Assembly (NCBI GenBank): GCA_000165425.1 | Contig: CT868096.1 | Coordinates: forward strand, 764,601 to 828,600 | Source of the DNA: Paramecium tetraurelia | Taxonomy: Eukaryota | Reading direction: 5' to 3' | Length of the DNA stretch: 64,000 bases | In this document: piece after piece, positions 38,308 to 52,194 of the stretch | How the letters are laid out: every line of letters begins with the position of its first letter | How positions within the stretch are numbered: position 1 is the first letter of the stretch | Made by a program: the position numbers and the translations under genes | Notes under the pieces: model-generated | The model's input: the letters and a program-made list of their open reading frames with translations, nothing else | What the model was told of the DNA's origin: nothing | Databases searched by the model: none

Positions 38308-40230
38308 ATGCTTTAAATACCGAAGAAATCCATCACTTATGAGAAGATTTTAGCTGATTTTTATTAGCAATTTATCTCTTAGGAAATAGCAAGTTAGAGA
38401 CCACAGATTGAATTTTTGCATTTCTTATGCAGTTCATTCATGATGGAAAAGCTATTTCAAAATTATCAGGAAAGTTTGTAAAAGAAGGAGGATGACTAGA
38501 TATCTGCACGAAAAGAATTAAATGATTTCATTACATACATGGTCAATTAGAATGCAGCATATTTAAATGAGTATATTCGTGATGAATTATTAATATTATC
38601 CAAGAATCGACATGATGATTAGTATTTGAGCGGTTATAGTCAATTTTACAAATACTGTTCAATAACTACTACCTCAATAATGTATGAGAAAATAAATTAC
38701 ATCTTGGAATATTTAAAACATTAAAATCAAATATTCCAAGATTTCAAAAATAAACTCAAGTTTAATCAATATTCAAACAGCGATTGCTTCACTACAAACA
38801 GGTATGCAACTCTGAGTGGACTATTCTATTTCAATAAATAAATAGGATCAATGGAGGTAAACGCAAAGGATGACAAATTAAGGGATCTCAGATTGATTGA
38901 AGAAAACATGAGGACCAAAGAAAAATACTTTAATACCTTTATTGAAGATGATTGGCTCAGAATCATTGTTTAGATAGAAAAATGTTAAAAGTCTCATCTT
39001 GATCCTCTGAGTCAATAGGATTTCTCAGAAATTCAGTAACTGATTGAATAGAAGCAATTGCCCTATTAAATCGCAAATCAAATGAAACAAGAAGTGATAA
39101 AGAAATTATAATAGAGAAAACAGCAACAACAACAATCATAAGAAAATAACAATGAGAAACAAGTCAAATATTCTCAATTAATCAAATACAAATTATCACA
39201 TGACACAAAACTAGTTGAGTGTTTATTAAATCAACAAAAGAATTTACTTGGCATCAAATTACAAGATCTGCCCAATGTGATCTCCTACATCTAAATAAGT
39301 AAATTCTGCAAAATAATATGTTGTGGTTGTTATGATGGTAACATACTAATTTATGACATGAATGAATTAAAATAGAATAGATAAAATAGGCTACTTTGCA
39401 ATCCTAGTTTTGAAATGCATATCCACGAAGGACCTGTAACTGCCATTAGCATTCTCTATGATGAGAATTACATCATTTCAGTCTCAGTTGATTTAACTAT
39501 AAAATTCTCATGCTTAAAATCTAGACAACCTTTGGTAGTTTACAAAGGACACTTACAAACTATCTGGCATTTAGCCTTTGCTCCTATGGGCTATTGGTTT
39601 GCAAGTGCCTCTTCAGATGGAACTGCTCTCTTATGGGCTACTGATTAAAATTAATGCATTAGGATATTTGGACCTGTGATGAATCAAGTAAAATTAGTAG
39701 AATTTGTTCCGTCTGTTGAATATGTAGTTACTGCAGAAGAAAACCGAATCTTTAGAATCTGGTCTATTGATAAGGCTGAATGTCTTTATATCTCATTTAT
39801 GGATGGAAATATCACGTGTATGAATGTGTCATTCACTGGTCAATTCTTATGTGTTGGATGCGATTCTGGATCAGTGGTTTTATACTATTTGCCTATGACG
39901 AAACTCCTAAAAGAGAAGATCTATTTACAAAGAAGTGACTTCCACAGTGCCAACGGGAGAGATTACATCAGGTCGGTGTCCATCAGTCTGGATGAAACAA
40001 CCTTGATGTGTTGTAACTCAAATAGAATAGGCTTCTTCAATATATCTGATTTGATGAAGAAGACAAGTGAAGATGTCTTTAAGGGTTTGGAATAAAGCAT
40101 TAAATCAATTGAATATGAGAAAAATAATTGGAGCAGAAATGCCATTCCCATTGAGTTATTAGAATTGCAGGATTACATTCATTTGGCCCAGTATGTATGT
40201 AATGGCTTTGCTCTATACGTTTGTAAATGA
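38308..40230 (+). CDS. TAF5: TAF5-like WD40 protein (TFIID/SAGA subunit 5 family)
   Basis: 'HEGPV...LVVYKGHLQTIWHLAFAPMGYWFASASSDGTALLWATD...IRIFG' matches the TAF5 WD40 pattern. Helical N-terminal domain; 1923 nt, start and stop in frame. Confidence 0.72.
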
Positions 40231-40386
40231 TAAATATATATTTAAAATATAATATTTAAGAACGAAATTTTACAATATCACCCAATATCTCCTTCTTTAA
40301 GCTCCGAAATATGTGGTCTAAAACTACTATTAAATTGGATATATAAACAATAATTTTAACATTATTTTAATAGCTTTCTTATAAAG

Positions 40387-40647
40387 ATGCAGAAGCTCGT
40401 TTAACTACCTATAACTAAACTCCAAAGTAATGGAGATGTCTACCCGGTCCCTGAAACTGGAGATACTGAAGTCAGTTGCTTATTAGCATCCCCCTAAACC
40501 ACGGTTAATTCACTAAGAAAGACCTCTTTCTAAAGTACTTCTAGATAAAGAAAATCTCATCAAGTTCTAGAATATACCGAATTACTTTACGTTTGGAATT
40601 CCTATCTTTCCAAAAAATTTTCTAAGTCCTCATTCCAACTTGAATGA
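40387..40647 (+). CDS. Small hypothetical protein (86 aa)
   Basis: ATG 40387 to TGA 40645-40647, uninterrupted, with higher GC than the flanks. Confidence 0.55.
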
Positions 40648-41993
40648 ATATATATACTTTGTGTTTAAAATTACTTATTTTGTGAGTTTTAGTTTTATAC
40701 AAATATAAAAAATGAAAACAAGTTCATTTCTGTCTTCATATTACTTATACTAAATATTCTATATGGACTTTACACATTTTGTCAAGTTAAGTAACTTCCA
40801 ATTTTTATGTAAACGACTCTCCAATATTGTACAATTCAATTTATCACATAAATATAATATATTATGATATATGCACTCTTAAGTATCATTAATCCTTAAA
40901 ATGTATAACAGGAAACTATATTTCTAAAAATAGTTCTCTGAGCTTCGGAATAGTTTTTGAAAAAAAGTTAAGGACCTGGATATAATGTATGCAAAAAAGC
41001 TATTCTCTTTGAATAAAGAATTCTTCGTTGTGCAGATAAGAGGTAAGGTAAAAAATTTATAGAACACTACTTAAGAGTATATTAATTACATAATCATTAC
41101 AATTACCATATTTGATAAATTTAAATCAATTCAATAGGATAAATAGTGTAACAAATTAGTTTTTGATAAAGATTTCTAGTGCAAATTGTGTCGACGCGTG
41201 TGATTTTGAACAGTATATGGTCAGTCTTCAAGTCCTTAAGAGTAATTGATTTTTAAATATTTCTAATCTTTCATATGTAAGTATAAAGTAAATATAAAAA
41301 TAATGTATCAATTTTAGTTAAAATAATATATATATTTTTAAATCTAGTTTTATAAAATAAGGTGATTCTATAATTCTGCTCATTATATTAATTTAAATTG
41401 TTTCTTCGATCTTTGGGAAAGTATTAAACTATCATTCTTAATTATAATTATTAGAATATAAACAGAGATTTAATTAATGGTTTATTTATTATTGATTATT
41501 CTGATTATCTCTATCAACAATTGATGAAGTCTAAGTGAGAAGATGCAAATCTGTGGACGTGAGCATTTGACAATTAGTTATATTTAAAGTAAATTGTCGT
41601 CAATTAGTTTATAAATTATGTTTTATAACTTATCAAAAGAATTAGAACGTGAGCAAGCAGAGACTTTTAATCGGTATGATTAGATAGCGATTGTAGAAAC
41701 AAAAGTGATGTTACTGTAATTTAACATCATTTAATAGTTATACTTGTTAAAAAATTATATTAATTAATTTAATATTAATACAAGCATTAGGGAATTTATA
41801 TTAGCTCTTAACACAACAGTACGTCTTTTTATTTAATTTAATCTTAAGAAATATCTTCATTAATGGAGTGTAGTTAATTGTAATCTATGGAATTGTGGAT
41901 TTGAGAAATATTCGTAAGAAAATAATTTCAGATTGTTTGTTAAATATGTTTAAATTCGAATCAATTTAGAAATATTAAGTATATGGTTAATTT

Positions 41994-43471
41994 TCATTGT
42001 TGTTCCTCACCATCAAAATTTTGATCAAATGAGATTATACTATTTCTATGTAAATTATTGGTGTTTTTATCCAAATAATCTGATTGTTCTGTTACTAGTA
42101 TCTAAATGCCATCATATTCTTTTTATAATCTATCAATCTCTTCTTTTATAGCATTCTTCCTTTAATCTCCCTCCTATTAATATTAATAACATATTCATAC
42201 ATTTAAGGATGCCATTTGTTCCATCTTCTATTTGATTTCCCTTATTAGAGTATCAGCTTTTTGATTTAATTCTGGCACTGTAATGATGTCTTCACTTTAT
42301 TTTTTAATTTTCATAAAGTCTGTTTCCTTGAGCATCTAAAAGTCTAGCTTTTGATGTTGATTGAATTGTATTGCATTAATTATATCTCTAAATTAAATAA
42401 AGACTTTTTAGATAAGAGGATCTTGTGTCAAAGACAACAATTAATCAGAGGTCCCCTATAGAAATTGATCTATTAATTCTTTGATATTATCATTCTGAAA
42501 ACCGAAAACTTGAAATTCTTATTCTGAGTTCTTCTTGCTCATAATTGATCTAGAGACAGAGGAATAATTGTCCACTCTAATTTATATAATAATTTATTAC
42601 TATAATAAGAGTAATTTCAATTGATTGTTTTCTTCGCGTAAATCATCATTTGACTACGTTAATTGCTCGTAGATTTTCTAGAATTTCTTCATTTGTTAAT
42701 CTTGAATTTCTTCGAGTTTCGATTATGAAATATGAGATTACTAAAGAGTTTTCATTTCTTGACTCTTTTGATTTAATTGTGTTTTCAGTTGCTTATTTTA
42801 TTTTTCAAGCTCTACTGTTTTTTATTCCTACTTATTTAACTTAACTTTATATTCATCTACTTAAAGACTGAGTTTCAGTTGTTGATCAACCAAAATCTAC
42901 TTTATTTTTTCAATATCACTTTTATCACTTGAGACCTTTTCTTCGAACTTAATAAAAATAAAAAATCAACCTTGATTGGTCTAAGATTTCTATCCGTAAC
43001 TTAATGGTTGTTATCATAAAATGGCTACGAGGAATCTCGCTTCATTTTTTCCCTTTCCATTCTATATTATTGTATATTTGGATTGATATTATTGTTTTTC
43101 TATTAAAACCAACTCGACTCTTGGGTTATAGAATTTTCTGATCTTTTGAAGATTTAATCGAACTATTATTTGCTTGTATTATTGAATTCCTATTGAATAG
43201 AAATTTAACTAGATTAATATGTAGGAGGATATTGACTTTATTATTATCTGCGAATATATTCAGACATGTCATTGTACTAATTTAGATGATTAGGAATTAC
43301 ACTTTGATTTTGATTTCGATAAGGCTGCTTCATAGCTCTGTCTGGTGTGAGATATACAGGACTTTAATTTAATGATGGTTAGGTGTATGATTGATTTGGA
43401 TTTCCAAACATTCGCTTGGGTGTAGTTTCTTGAGTGTTGATCACTCTGGTTCTTAAATAATATTCGGACAT
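41994..43471 (-). CDS. Coiled-coil protein with Q/N/S-rich N-terminus
   Basis: ATG 43471 to TGA 41994-41996, open under the ciliate code with tiny introns. Extended heptads. Confidence 0.78.
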
Positions 43472-43515
43472 TGAGTAGATAATTTATATTGTCAGTTAAT
43501 AATTAATATAAAAGA

Positions 43516-44328
43516 ATGGAGTTTTTTTAATTCGATGATTTAATTCGATATGGCTCTTAATTAGCTGATTTTGCTTTGAATATTGGTATTTGATCCTGTT
43601 TTGATATATACTTAGGATTTGTGTTGGGTCCTCTAATTGGATACGTGGCTCAATATTAATTGATAAAGTCATAAAAGAGTGTAGGCTCATTTTCGATCGA
43701 TGTGTGTGCAATATTATTGTTTGCAAATTTGTTAAGAATAGTGTTTTGGTACGAAAAACGCTTTGAAAATGCATTATTGTATCAATCAATTCTAATGATA
43801 ATGATGTAAGTAATGAATCATACAATAACCTTAAGGTTGAATTGCTTAGGTCATGTTTGACAATAATGAACAAATCGATATTAAAGGCTAAGCCAGACAC
43901 ATTCTTTGATAGTCCATTGAATAAGTTTTGGCGATGGAGTCAATTACATTCATACATAGCATGCTTGATATCCTTCTTAATTTTCGTTTTGCTTTCTAGT
44001 TATTTGAATCTTGGCAATCCTCAGTACTGGGAGATAATTGGATTCCTGAGTTGTGCAATTGAAGTAGAAATTATTTTATATTGACCAGGCCACTTTGGGA
44101 TTACCTTAAGCCATTAAGAATCACTCAGCAAAGAGCGTAAAGGGATTATCATATGCAATGATAGGATCATGGTTTTTAGGAGATGCATTCAAGACATTCT
44201 ACTTTATAGTTAAGAATTAGCCGACTTAATTTGTGATGTGTGGAGTGATCCAATTAAGTGTGGATATTTGGATCATGTTATAAATAGCAGTGTTTAGTTC
44301 TAAGAAAGGAGATCTAGCTGAAATATGA
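43516..44328 (+). CDS. PQ-loop repeat membrane protein (PQLC1/SLC66A2/Any1-like)
   Basis: 'GYVAQY...SFSIDVCAILLFANLLRIVFWY...LLYQSI', 'ATLGLPQAIKN...KGLSYAMIGSWFLGDAFKTFYF', 'QFVMCGVIQLSVD'. Confidence 0.88.
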
Positions 44329-44365
44329 TTTATTTTGGAATTAATATTTATGATAATGATTGATA

Positions 44366-45354
44366 TCATTTTGGTACAACTGAGTTATCCCAAACACTGC
44401 AAGTGTTTTTTCCTCCTTAAAGGTAGATGTATCCATCGACTCCCCAAACGGTGTTCCATGAGTTCTTGACGATAAGAGCTTCACTGGTGAATCCAACAGC
44501 CAAGACAGCGTGGTTGACATCTCCTGTGCATTCAGAATCTGGGAAGATGTAGTTGTCACCTTTGGGTTTATAGTTCTTCCAATCTGAGGCCTTGACAGCA
44601 ACTGAAACTGGTCCGCTTTAGAGGGCAGCTTAGTGAGCGGCTTCGTTGGCGGCGATGGCAGTTGATCCACTGACTTTGTATTCACCTCCCTTGATTTTGC
44701 AGGCTTAATCAACAGCTTACTATAAAGAATGATATGATATAATACGTATGGATAAGCATCTTAAGTTGTAAGACCATTTCTCTTGACATAGTTCAAGGCT
44801 CTTGATGGCATACCTCCATTGCATCCTTAGTTCAAATCAGGAATAAAGGTTGAGCAATCAACCAATTATTATTCTGAGAGATTTGGTAACTTTCCAGTGT
44901 TGATCTAGAACCATCCTTCCAAGACACCAGTTGTACTGAAAGCCCAGCATGAACCACATGCTTATTAATCCTTAACTGGAGTGACTGCTCCTCTTGATCT
45001 CCAATCGATGGGGGTGGCTGTGACATTCTCAAATTAAGATTTTTGTGTTTCAAATTCTTCAGGGACGACTTTGAGGGTCAAGTAGATGGCAGCGAATTCT
45101 TCATCGGTAAGGTCTGTGAATTAGGTTTCGCCAAAGATTTATCTTCCGACTCTTTGATTTCTGGCTTTAATGTCAGCAAGGTTGGCCTCATAAACTTATA
45201 ATCTATAGAGGAGTTCAGATCCTGAGTATTATTTGTTGAATTGGGCTTAGTAATTTGTGAATTTTTAAGCCAATTCCAATTCAGGAACGCTTTGAACATT
45301 GTAAAGTGTTCCGACTAACATCATTAAACCTATGGCAAGGAGTGTCTTTTCCAT
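44366..45354 (-). CDS. Cathepsin L-like papain-family cysteine protease
   Basis: Signal peptide and I29 prodomain (QFTDLTDEEF). Catalytic motifs QQACGSCWAF, NHAVLAVG, KNSW. One intron near 44720-44750; relatively GC-rich codons. Confidence 0.95.
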
Positions 45355-45438
45355 TTTTTAATTATATTAATTTGAATATCATAATCATCGATTTTTATAA
45401 TACTATGATGATGTCATCATTAAATACAATATAATACT

Positions 45439-46309
45439 TCATTTTTATTTATTAATTGATTTTCCAGAACTATAATTATTGTACGAAATTGCCACTCCCA
45501 TTATTGCCCAAGTCATACTCAACAAATAACCTCCAAAATTTAGTAGCACATTCTTGTTGTCTAAAATTATATGATAATATAAATACATTATTTTGAATGA
45601 CAATAAGCTAAGCCCAAATAAATTGAATGAGCAACCACTATACATACCCAAATCAATTTAGATATCATGTCTTGTGTGACACCAAAGACATGCACTAAAC
45701 AAATGCAGAAGTTCAAACATTGTGCACTTGAAGTCCATCCCAATTAGAATGCTATTGCTCCTCTCATCAAGTATATTGACCAATCATCGTTCTCCAAAAC
45801 CAAGGTACTCTTCCAAAGAAGATAAATATTCTTAAATATTATTTCATTTTTAATACAATTGTTAATAAAATTAGCACTATTTTGCATAAAAGTATTGTTA
45901 TTTTGCTAACTATTGCCCAAAGTAAGATCCAAACTGAAATTGTGAAACAATATAGCCAAAAGTACAAGTGAGTTTCTAAACTCCAAGACACTGAATGAAT
46001 GCTCCACAATAATGCCACCAATGTAGTGCCTTTATTAAGTAAATATCAATTCATACTGAAAATGATTCCCCATATTGAAAATGCCCAAGGAGGGGGTGTA
46101 ACTACCAATTTATAACTATCGCTCGTCGATTTGGCAGTCTTAACACCAACTGTGCCATTAATTAATAATGCCAAAATGTATGCACAAACAGAGATGCTAT
46201 TTTTAATTCACATCATTTACATGCAGATTAGATTGTAGTTGTTGAACTTTACTCCTTGTCTGAAGGGTATTGTCTAAGACTAATGTATAAGGTTTAACAC
46301 AAAATCCAT
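45439..46309 (-). CDS. Multi-pass Trp-rich membrane protein (TspO/MBR-related)
   Basis: 'VTPPPWAFSIWGIIF' motif, later 'AFQLGWTSSAQCLN' and 'SMTWAIMGV'. Several hydrophobic helices; four tiny introns. Confidence 0.7.
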
Positions 46310-46907
46310 TATTACTTTTTTTCAAGAAATTTATTATTCTTAAAGCTAATTCTTAGAATTTCTTTAAATATTCATTTATAAATCACAGCAAAATTAATAC
46401 AAATCATTATTAATCTCATCCTTAAATTGGACATACTAATTATATTCTATTCATCTTTTATTCCTTCAAGATCTTTATATAGTGTAAAAAATTGAAATTA
46501 TAAGAATAAGCAAATATATCTTAATCCTTAACATGTTATTTTATATTTGATTATATACTCATTATTGTTATTTGACAATAGATTCTAATTCTGAATTTTT
46601 GTTCATTATTAGTCTATTCATAAATTGTAGGAGTACATCCTGCTTAGCAAATATACTCTCTATCTAACAAGAAATCTCTATTCTAACTCCATCTTTTGTT
46701 CTTTAAATTCAACTTTTATAAAATAAGTCCATAAAAATGCTAAACAAATGTAATAGTATTTACTTTACTCTGATTCAAAATATTATTGTTCTCTGTGCTT
46801 TTTCTTTCACATCTAAAATTACATCACTTCTACTCATTCTCTTGTAGTTTATCATAATATTCACTCTTTGTTGTTCAAAACTAATTAATAAATTAATTTA
46901 ATATAAA

Positions 46908-47667
46908 ATGGCTGATGAAAATCCAGATGACAATAATTTTGAATTTATCAAATTCCTCCCTGAAGGTGATCAAAAGACCAAGTCTTCTAGAGATTATACA
47001 GGTCGAGGATAAGCCAAATATGCCAATAATGAAATCTATGAAGGTGAATACGTCGATGGAGTAACTGTTTCAAATCTAATTCTTAGAAAAGAAATGGTAA
47101 AGGCAAATATAATTATGCCAATGGTGACCTTTACTTTGGTGATTTCATCAATAATGCTAAACATGGAATTGGCAAATTAACATACAAAGAGAAGGGAGAA
47201 TATTTCGGTTTCACTCTCATTTATAATCTTAGGCTAATGGGAAAATGGTAAGCGACATGGAGAAGGCAATTTCACCTATCCAAACAAAGACTAATATAGT
47301 GGATGGTGGGCATTTGGTAAAAAAGAGGGTAATGGAACATATATTTACAATGATACTGGGATGAGAGTATTTTCTTATTATCTATCTTCAATAGTTAGTT
47401 GGTTTATGGAAGGAAAACAAATTTGTCTCTGGAAGATGGATTCTACCTAATGGAACCTATTATGAAGGAGAATTTGATAATAATAAACCGAACAAAGTTG
47501 GTGTCTGGTAATTCAAGAATGGTAATCAAGTATAAGGAACATATAATCAAAAAATAATTCCAAATGAAGATTCTGAAGATAAGAAACTTAATATAGAAAT
47601 GAAATGGGCATCTAATGGATATTTATATTAAAATGCAGATTTAGTAAATGCACATGAAAAGTTCTGA
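46908..47667 (+). CDS. MORN-repeat protein, radial spoke head RSPH1/RSP10-like
   Basis: Tandem MORN repeats (YEGEYVDGKRNGKGKYNYANGDLY, YFGQWENGKRHGEGNFTYPNKDQY). Three introns. Confidence 0.88.
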
Positions 47668-47892
47668 ATTATCATATTAATATAATATATTCATCTATTA
47701 ATTCTTTTCATAAATAATAAATAATAATGTTAGTGACTCTTGATTTCTATGCTAACTTAAATAAATATTAAATTTTATAAAAATAAGGATAGTTTGATCT
47801 CCAAAACTTGGTTTATGTGTGATTATCAGTCTTAAAGAGAGAAATAACATAATTATTTTAATTTGACTATATAAGAAGAGATCCTTTTATAA

Positions 47893-49431
47893 TCATTCAT
47901 TATATAACTTTAATTATTCCTATATTACTAGTAAATAATTACATTCTTCTTATTAATTCTAATATTTTCAGTATCTAAAACGTGCTTTTCCATGTTTTCT
48001 TCTTTATCAAACCCAAAATTCAAAATGAAATTGTTTGATTTTGAAGGACTCTCTCTACCTTTAAGATTAGGAGATGCAATGGTCTCAGGGATTCTCCTAT
48101 CAAATAAGCACAACTGTAAAATCTCCAATAACATAGCTCCAAACGTTAAGACTAATTCAGGAATGCAAAGAGGCATCAATTCTGCATCAATAAAATCTCT
48201 CATAAAAACAAGATTCAATATGTTTGACCAATCGGTGCATTTCTATCGTATTATAATGAAACACAATTACATTTTCAATATAAGTATGCATAGTAGTTCT
48301 AAAATGAGCAAGAAATCCCAATTTAGTGCCTACAATAGCTAAATGTGCCATGTGAAGAAGAATGAGGAATGTAGTAGGACAATAAAATTTCCAAGTAACT
48401 TTATATATTTTATGCTTGAATATTCCTTTTCTAGTTAAATTTTAGATGATAGCTGAATGAAATATAGCTCCGAAACCCATCAAACAACCTAATTTATTTT
48501 GATTATAATTTACCTGCCATTATGAGAGCAATCAAAAATACAAGTTGAATGTAATTGTCTCTATAATTAGAGACGTCAATCTATTTAATAGTACAATTAT
48601 ATTCAGTAAACTTTTCACCAAAAAGACCAAATTTAGGTGTTTCATTAAAATATTTTAATCCTGGTAAACTCTCATAAGGATATTCATTTTCTTCAAATAA
48701 CATGTATTGATCAAACTCATCAATGAAAGCATATTCTGATGATTAAATCACACATTTATAGGCTGATTCTAATAGTGGATATTGATTAATTGACTCTCCA
48801 TCCTCGTAGCAAACATCTATTCCATAGTTTAAAGTGAAATTGAAATAAGATTGAGTTAGATTTTCTTTGGAGAGTAGATCTTGGTAATTTCCACAAGTAT
48901 TTTGATTATTTTTAGTTTAGCAAACTCCATTGCAAATGGCAGTGCAATTCCTTTCATAAAATAATTCTCTGTAAGTGTATTCAGATCTTTTACCGCAGAT
49001 GGAATACCCCTTCCAAATGATAAAATCCTAAGATTCTATAGGAGTTATTTCGGTGCATCCTTCATCAATGTCAGATGTCTAACAATGTTCTGTTTTCAGT
49101 TTATCATAATCAATTTGGCCATTCTCATCTTCTTCGCCAAAACCACAATCACATCCTTTTAATTATTATTTTGATTAATACCACTGGAAGATTCTGGGTA
49201 ACTATAGTCAAAGAAAGTTTCCAGATCTGATGGACATTTAGAGCCCTATATTTTCTGAATTTCAATAATGGGTTTATATTCCCAATTGTCATATAGGTTT
49301 CTATCCATTTTGTAGTGATTTATGTATAGAATCAAAGCCAATGGGAAGATGATGCACTCAATAATGAAATTAAGATATTGGACAGAGGCAGCAAAGTGAG
49401 TAGATTTCCAATAACTTGGTTTGTGCTTCAT
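47893..49431 (-). CDS. Multi-pass membrane protein with large Cys-rich extracellular loop
   Basis: N-terminal TM helix, Cys-rich loop (GCDCG, SICGKR), three further TM helices. Stop at 47893 assumes a final 23-nt intron. Confidence 0.72.
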
Positions 49432-49455
49432 TAAATAAAATATTATAATTTTATA

Positions 49456-49963
49456 TCATGTACTTACATTTACTAATTTTTCCATGGCGAACAATATTTT
49501 CTTGGATGATTTGTAATGTTTTTAGGGATCAATAAGTAATTCGCATATTCGTTGCAAAGTAAAAGGTGGTCTGGTAAAATAGTAAGAGGATAACTTACTT
49601 TTATTCAAAAACACAGAGAAATTGGAGCACGATATCTAATTCATCTTCGAAGCCTTCGTTTTGAGCAGTCTTTTCGTATGGATAAAGTTTCTGCATATTC
49701 AATAACATATCTCTGGTTGTGATGACAATAAGTGATCTCAAATGGAGCCAATTGTATTTTTGAATTTCACCATTCTACGAGATAGATTCTAATATAGGTT
49801 TCAATTGTCCCATTAAATTGCTGATTTGAATTGGTATATCCTTTGAATATTAGATGATGTCTTTTACTTTCTTAATTCTGATTCCTTACTGGATTGAACT
49901 AACAATCTCCTAGGTTTATTCGTAGAATTCCTTGAGTTGAGTTTGATAGTCATGTTGAATCAT
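49456..49963 (-). CDS. PPP4R2: Protein phosphatase 4 regulatory subunit 2 (PPP4R2/Psy4)-like, short form
   Basis: Signature 'PPFTLQRICELLIDPQKHY...FAMEKLVNV'. Confidence 0.88.
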
Positions 49964-50123
49964 TTCCTTATTTTCATTCATTTTATTTAATTAATATAAT
50001 TTATATACTGTGGTATAAAGTGTGAGTGCTGATTTGAGTTAAAAATGTATGTAATTTATTATTATTCACACAATCCCCTAATATCTATGAGAAAAGAAAT
50101 CAAATAATATTAATTAAATAAAG

Positions 50124-50826
50124 ATGAATCCAATTTAATAAGCATGGTTGAAAATCCTGAACCCACTATCCGTGGTCATCAACGAGAAGTTAGCCAAACG
50201 ATCAGGATTATTGGGTAAGATCGGCAGATTCTTCCTCATTGGTCCAAGAGAATTCGGATTTCATCCTACAAACCAAATGTTCATTTATTTCAACAGAAGA
50301 GTGCTCTTTGCAACAGCCTTCATGGGTCACAAATACTCAGTCTTAAAGTAACTAACACCAATATGTTTACCATAGAGGACTCACTCATTAAGGATATCAT
50401 ATGTTGAGACCAATGAGAGCAGCCGTGTTCTTGGGACCAATTGGAGTTTTGTCAGGTCTCTTTAGATTGGTCTACTATTCCTCTGAAAACAGATCATATT
50501 AGTATGCAATATATTTGGATAGTTAGTCCTGATAATTTGGATTACGTGATGAAGAAAGCAACCAATGCATTACATTTTCCATTGAACACATTGAATCAAA
50601 GATTGTCAGCACATTACACTGAAATTAGTTCTATTTATACTGCTGAAATGATGAAGAGAGTAACAATCAATAATTATTCAAATCTTAGTATCATAAATAA
50701 CATGCCAAAATAATCAAAGAGAGAGCAACATAATCCGTACAAGTTAAGAAAACTAAATATGCTGATCCATCATATAAATATGTCCCAATGACTCCAGTCC
50801 ACATTGAAGATGTAAAACTCGCTTGA
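50124..50826 (+). CDS. Ciliate mitochondrial ATP synthase Fo accessory subunit (probably i/j)
   Basis: 'MNPIQQAWLKIL...GRFFLIGPREFG...PLNTLNQRLSAHYTEISSIYTAEMMKRYHK' resembles, from recall, a Tetrahymena ATP synthase Fo subunit. Three introns. Subunit name not verified by search. Confidence 0.72.
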
Positions 50827-50845
50827 GATAAATAATATAAATATA

Positions 50846-52192
50846 ATGTTAACAATCTTCGATGAGTTTTATAATAATAAAAATATCCCAGACTTCCTTG
50901 ATGATGATAGCATCCTTGTGAATAAGGAGAACAACATCCAATTGAAAGAATTGTAAGGATATTTATAAACAACAACCAAATTAGTTTAGTCAATAATGAA
51001 GATTTAGTTACATAGATGCTATCCTTTTTTGAATATGATGAGTTAGAAACTGATTACAAAAGAGTAATCAAGTATCCTTTTGTCGTAAGCGAATTGTTGG
51101 GTTCACTTTATGCATTAAACGCCAAACATCTGAATTTCCTCATCCAGTTGCTGAATACCTAAAATACTCTGCCTTCTATTACAATTGGACATGTGAGTAA
51201 AGTCATTATGAATGTACTCAAAACTAATCCTTGTATTGTAATCATCCAACTTAACAATTTAGTTTTGGTAAAATGTCTAATTGTCATAACTATCCATTCT
51301 CATACAAGATATCAATAACTATTCCATTGCAGAATTAATCTATTCCATGATTATTTATTAAACACAGGAGAATCAATTAGAGCATATGGATAAAAGAATT
51401 GAGTTAGTCAACCATCTATTGAATGATCTGAACACTGATAAATGTGAGGGTATCTCCATTGTCATATGTATGGTATTGAATCAAATTACTGAAACACTTC
51501 AAGAATAGAAGTCTCTCATAATTAAACATATCTTCACTAAACTAGACACTTTTTTATCTGCCTTGTCCAATCATCCATAACCAATTTTAAACATCCTAAT
51601 AGGTTTAATTAATCACCAGGAGTAATATAAATAAGAAGTCACCTAAATTTACAATCGTTTTATTTAAACAACAAAAGACTTTTTTTAAAACATACTGAAT
51701 AAAGAGAATACTTTTGGTTTAAATAATCTCACATATATTTAATTTTATGATGTACTTACTAATCAGCCATACATTTTAGAGAACATCAACAGATAAGAAT
51801 TGGCTTAAGCATTATTTGTAAAATTTCTTATTATAGATAGCAACTAATACAAAAATATTAATAGCATAACCAATTACACAAATATGCTACAAACATTATA
51901 CTAAAACTAATACCTCAAACTGATACATAGTAATTACTATAGACAGCAATATCTGAATTTAAGTATTTATATTATATATATTAGAATGAAACCAGTCAAA
52001 GAGAATAGAGGATATGTGATTTAGATAATTAATAAAATATATGAAGTGTCAAATCAACAAGTTTAGGAAGAAGAACTACAAAATTAAAACTCAATTTAGA
52101 ACAATTATTTTTTTGGCCATGTTCCTGATTAGAGACCTATATTCAATTTATAAGAAGAATTTGAGGCAGCAATGAATAAATTATAGATATGA
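50846..52192 (+). CDS. SAPS-domain protein (SIT4/PP6-associated regulatory subunit-like), divergent
   Basis: 'FLDDDSIL...LKEF' and 'KYPFVVSELL', late 'NRGYV'. Helical-repeat character; several tiny introns. Confidence 0.68.
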
Positions 52193-52194
52193 GA

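Noticed and set aside
42840..42910. Suspected in-frame TGA (selenocysteine or readthrough) in the coiled-coil gene
   Set aside because: The correct frame after the intron has no TGA.
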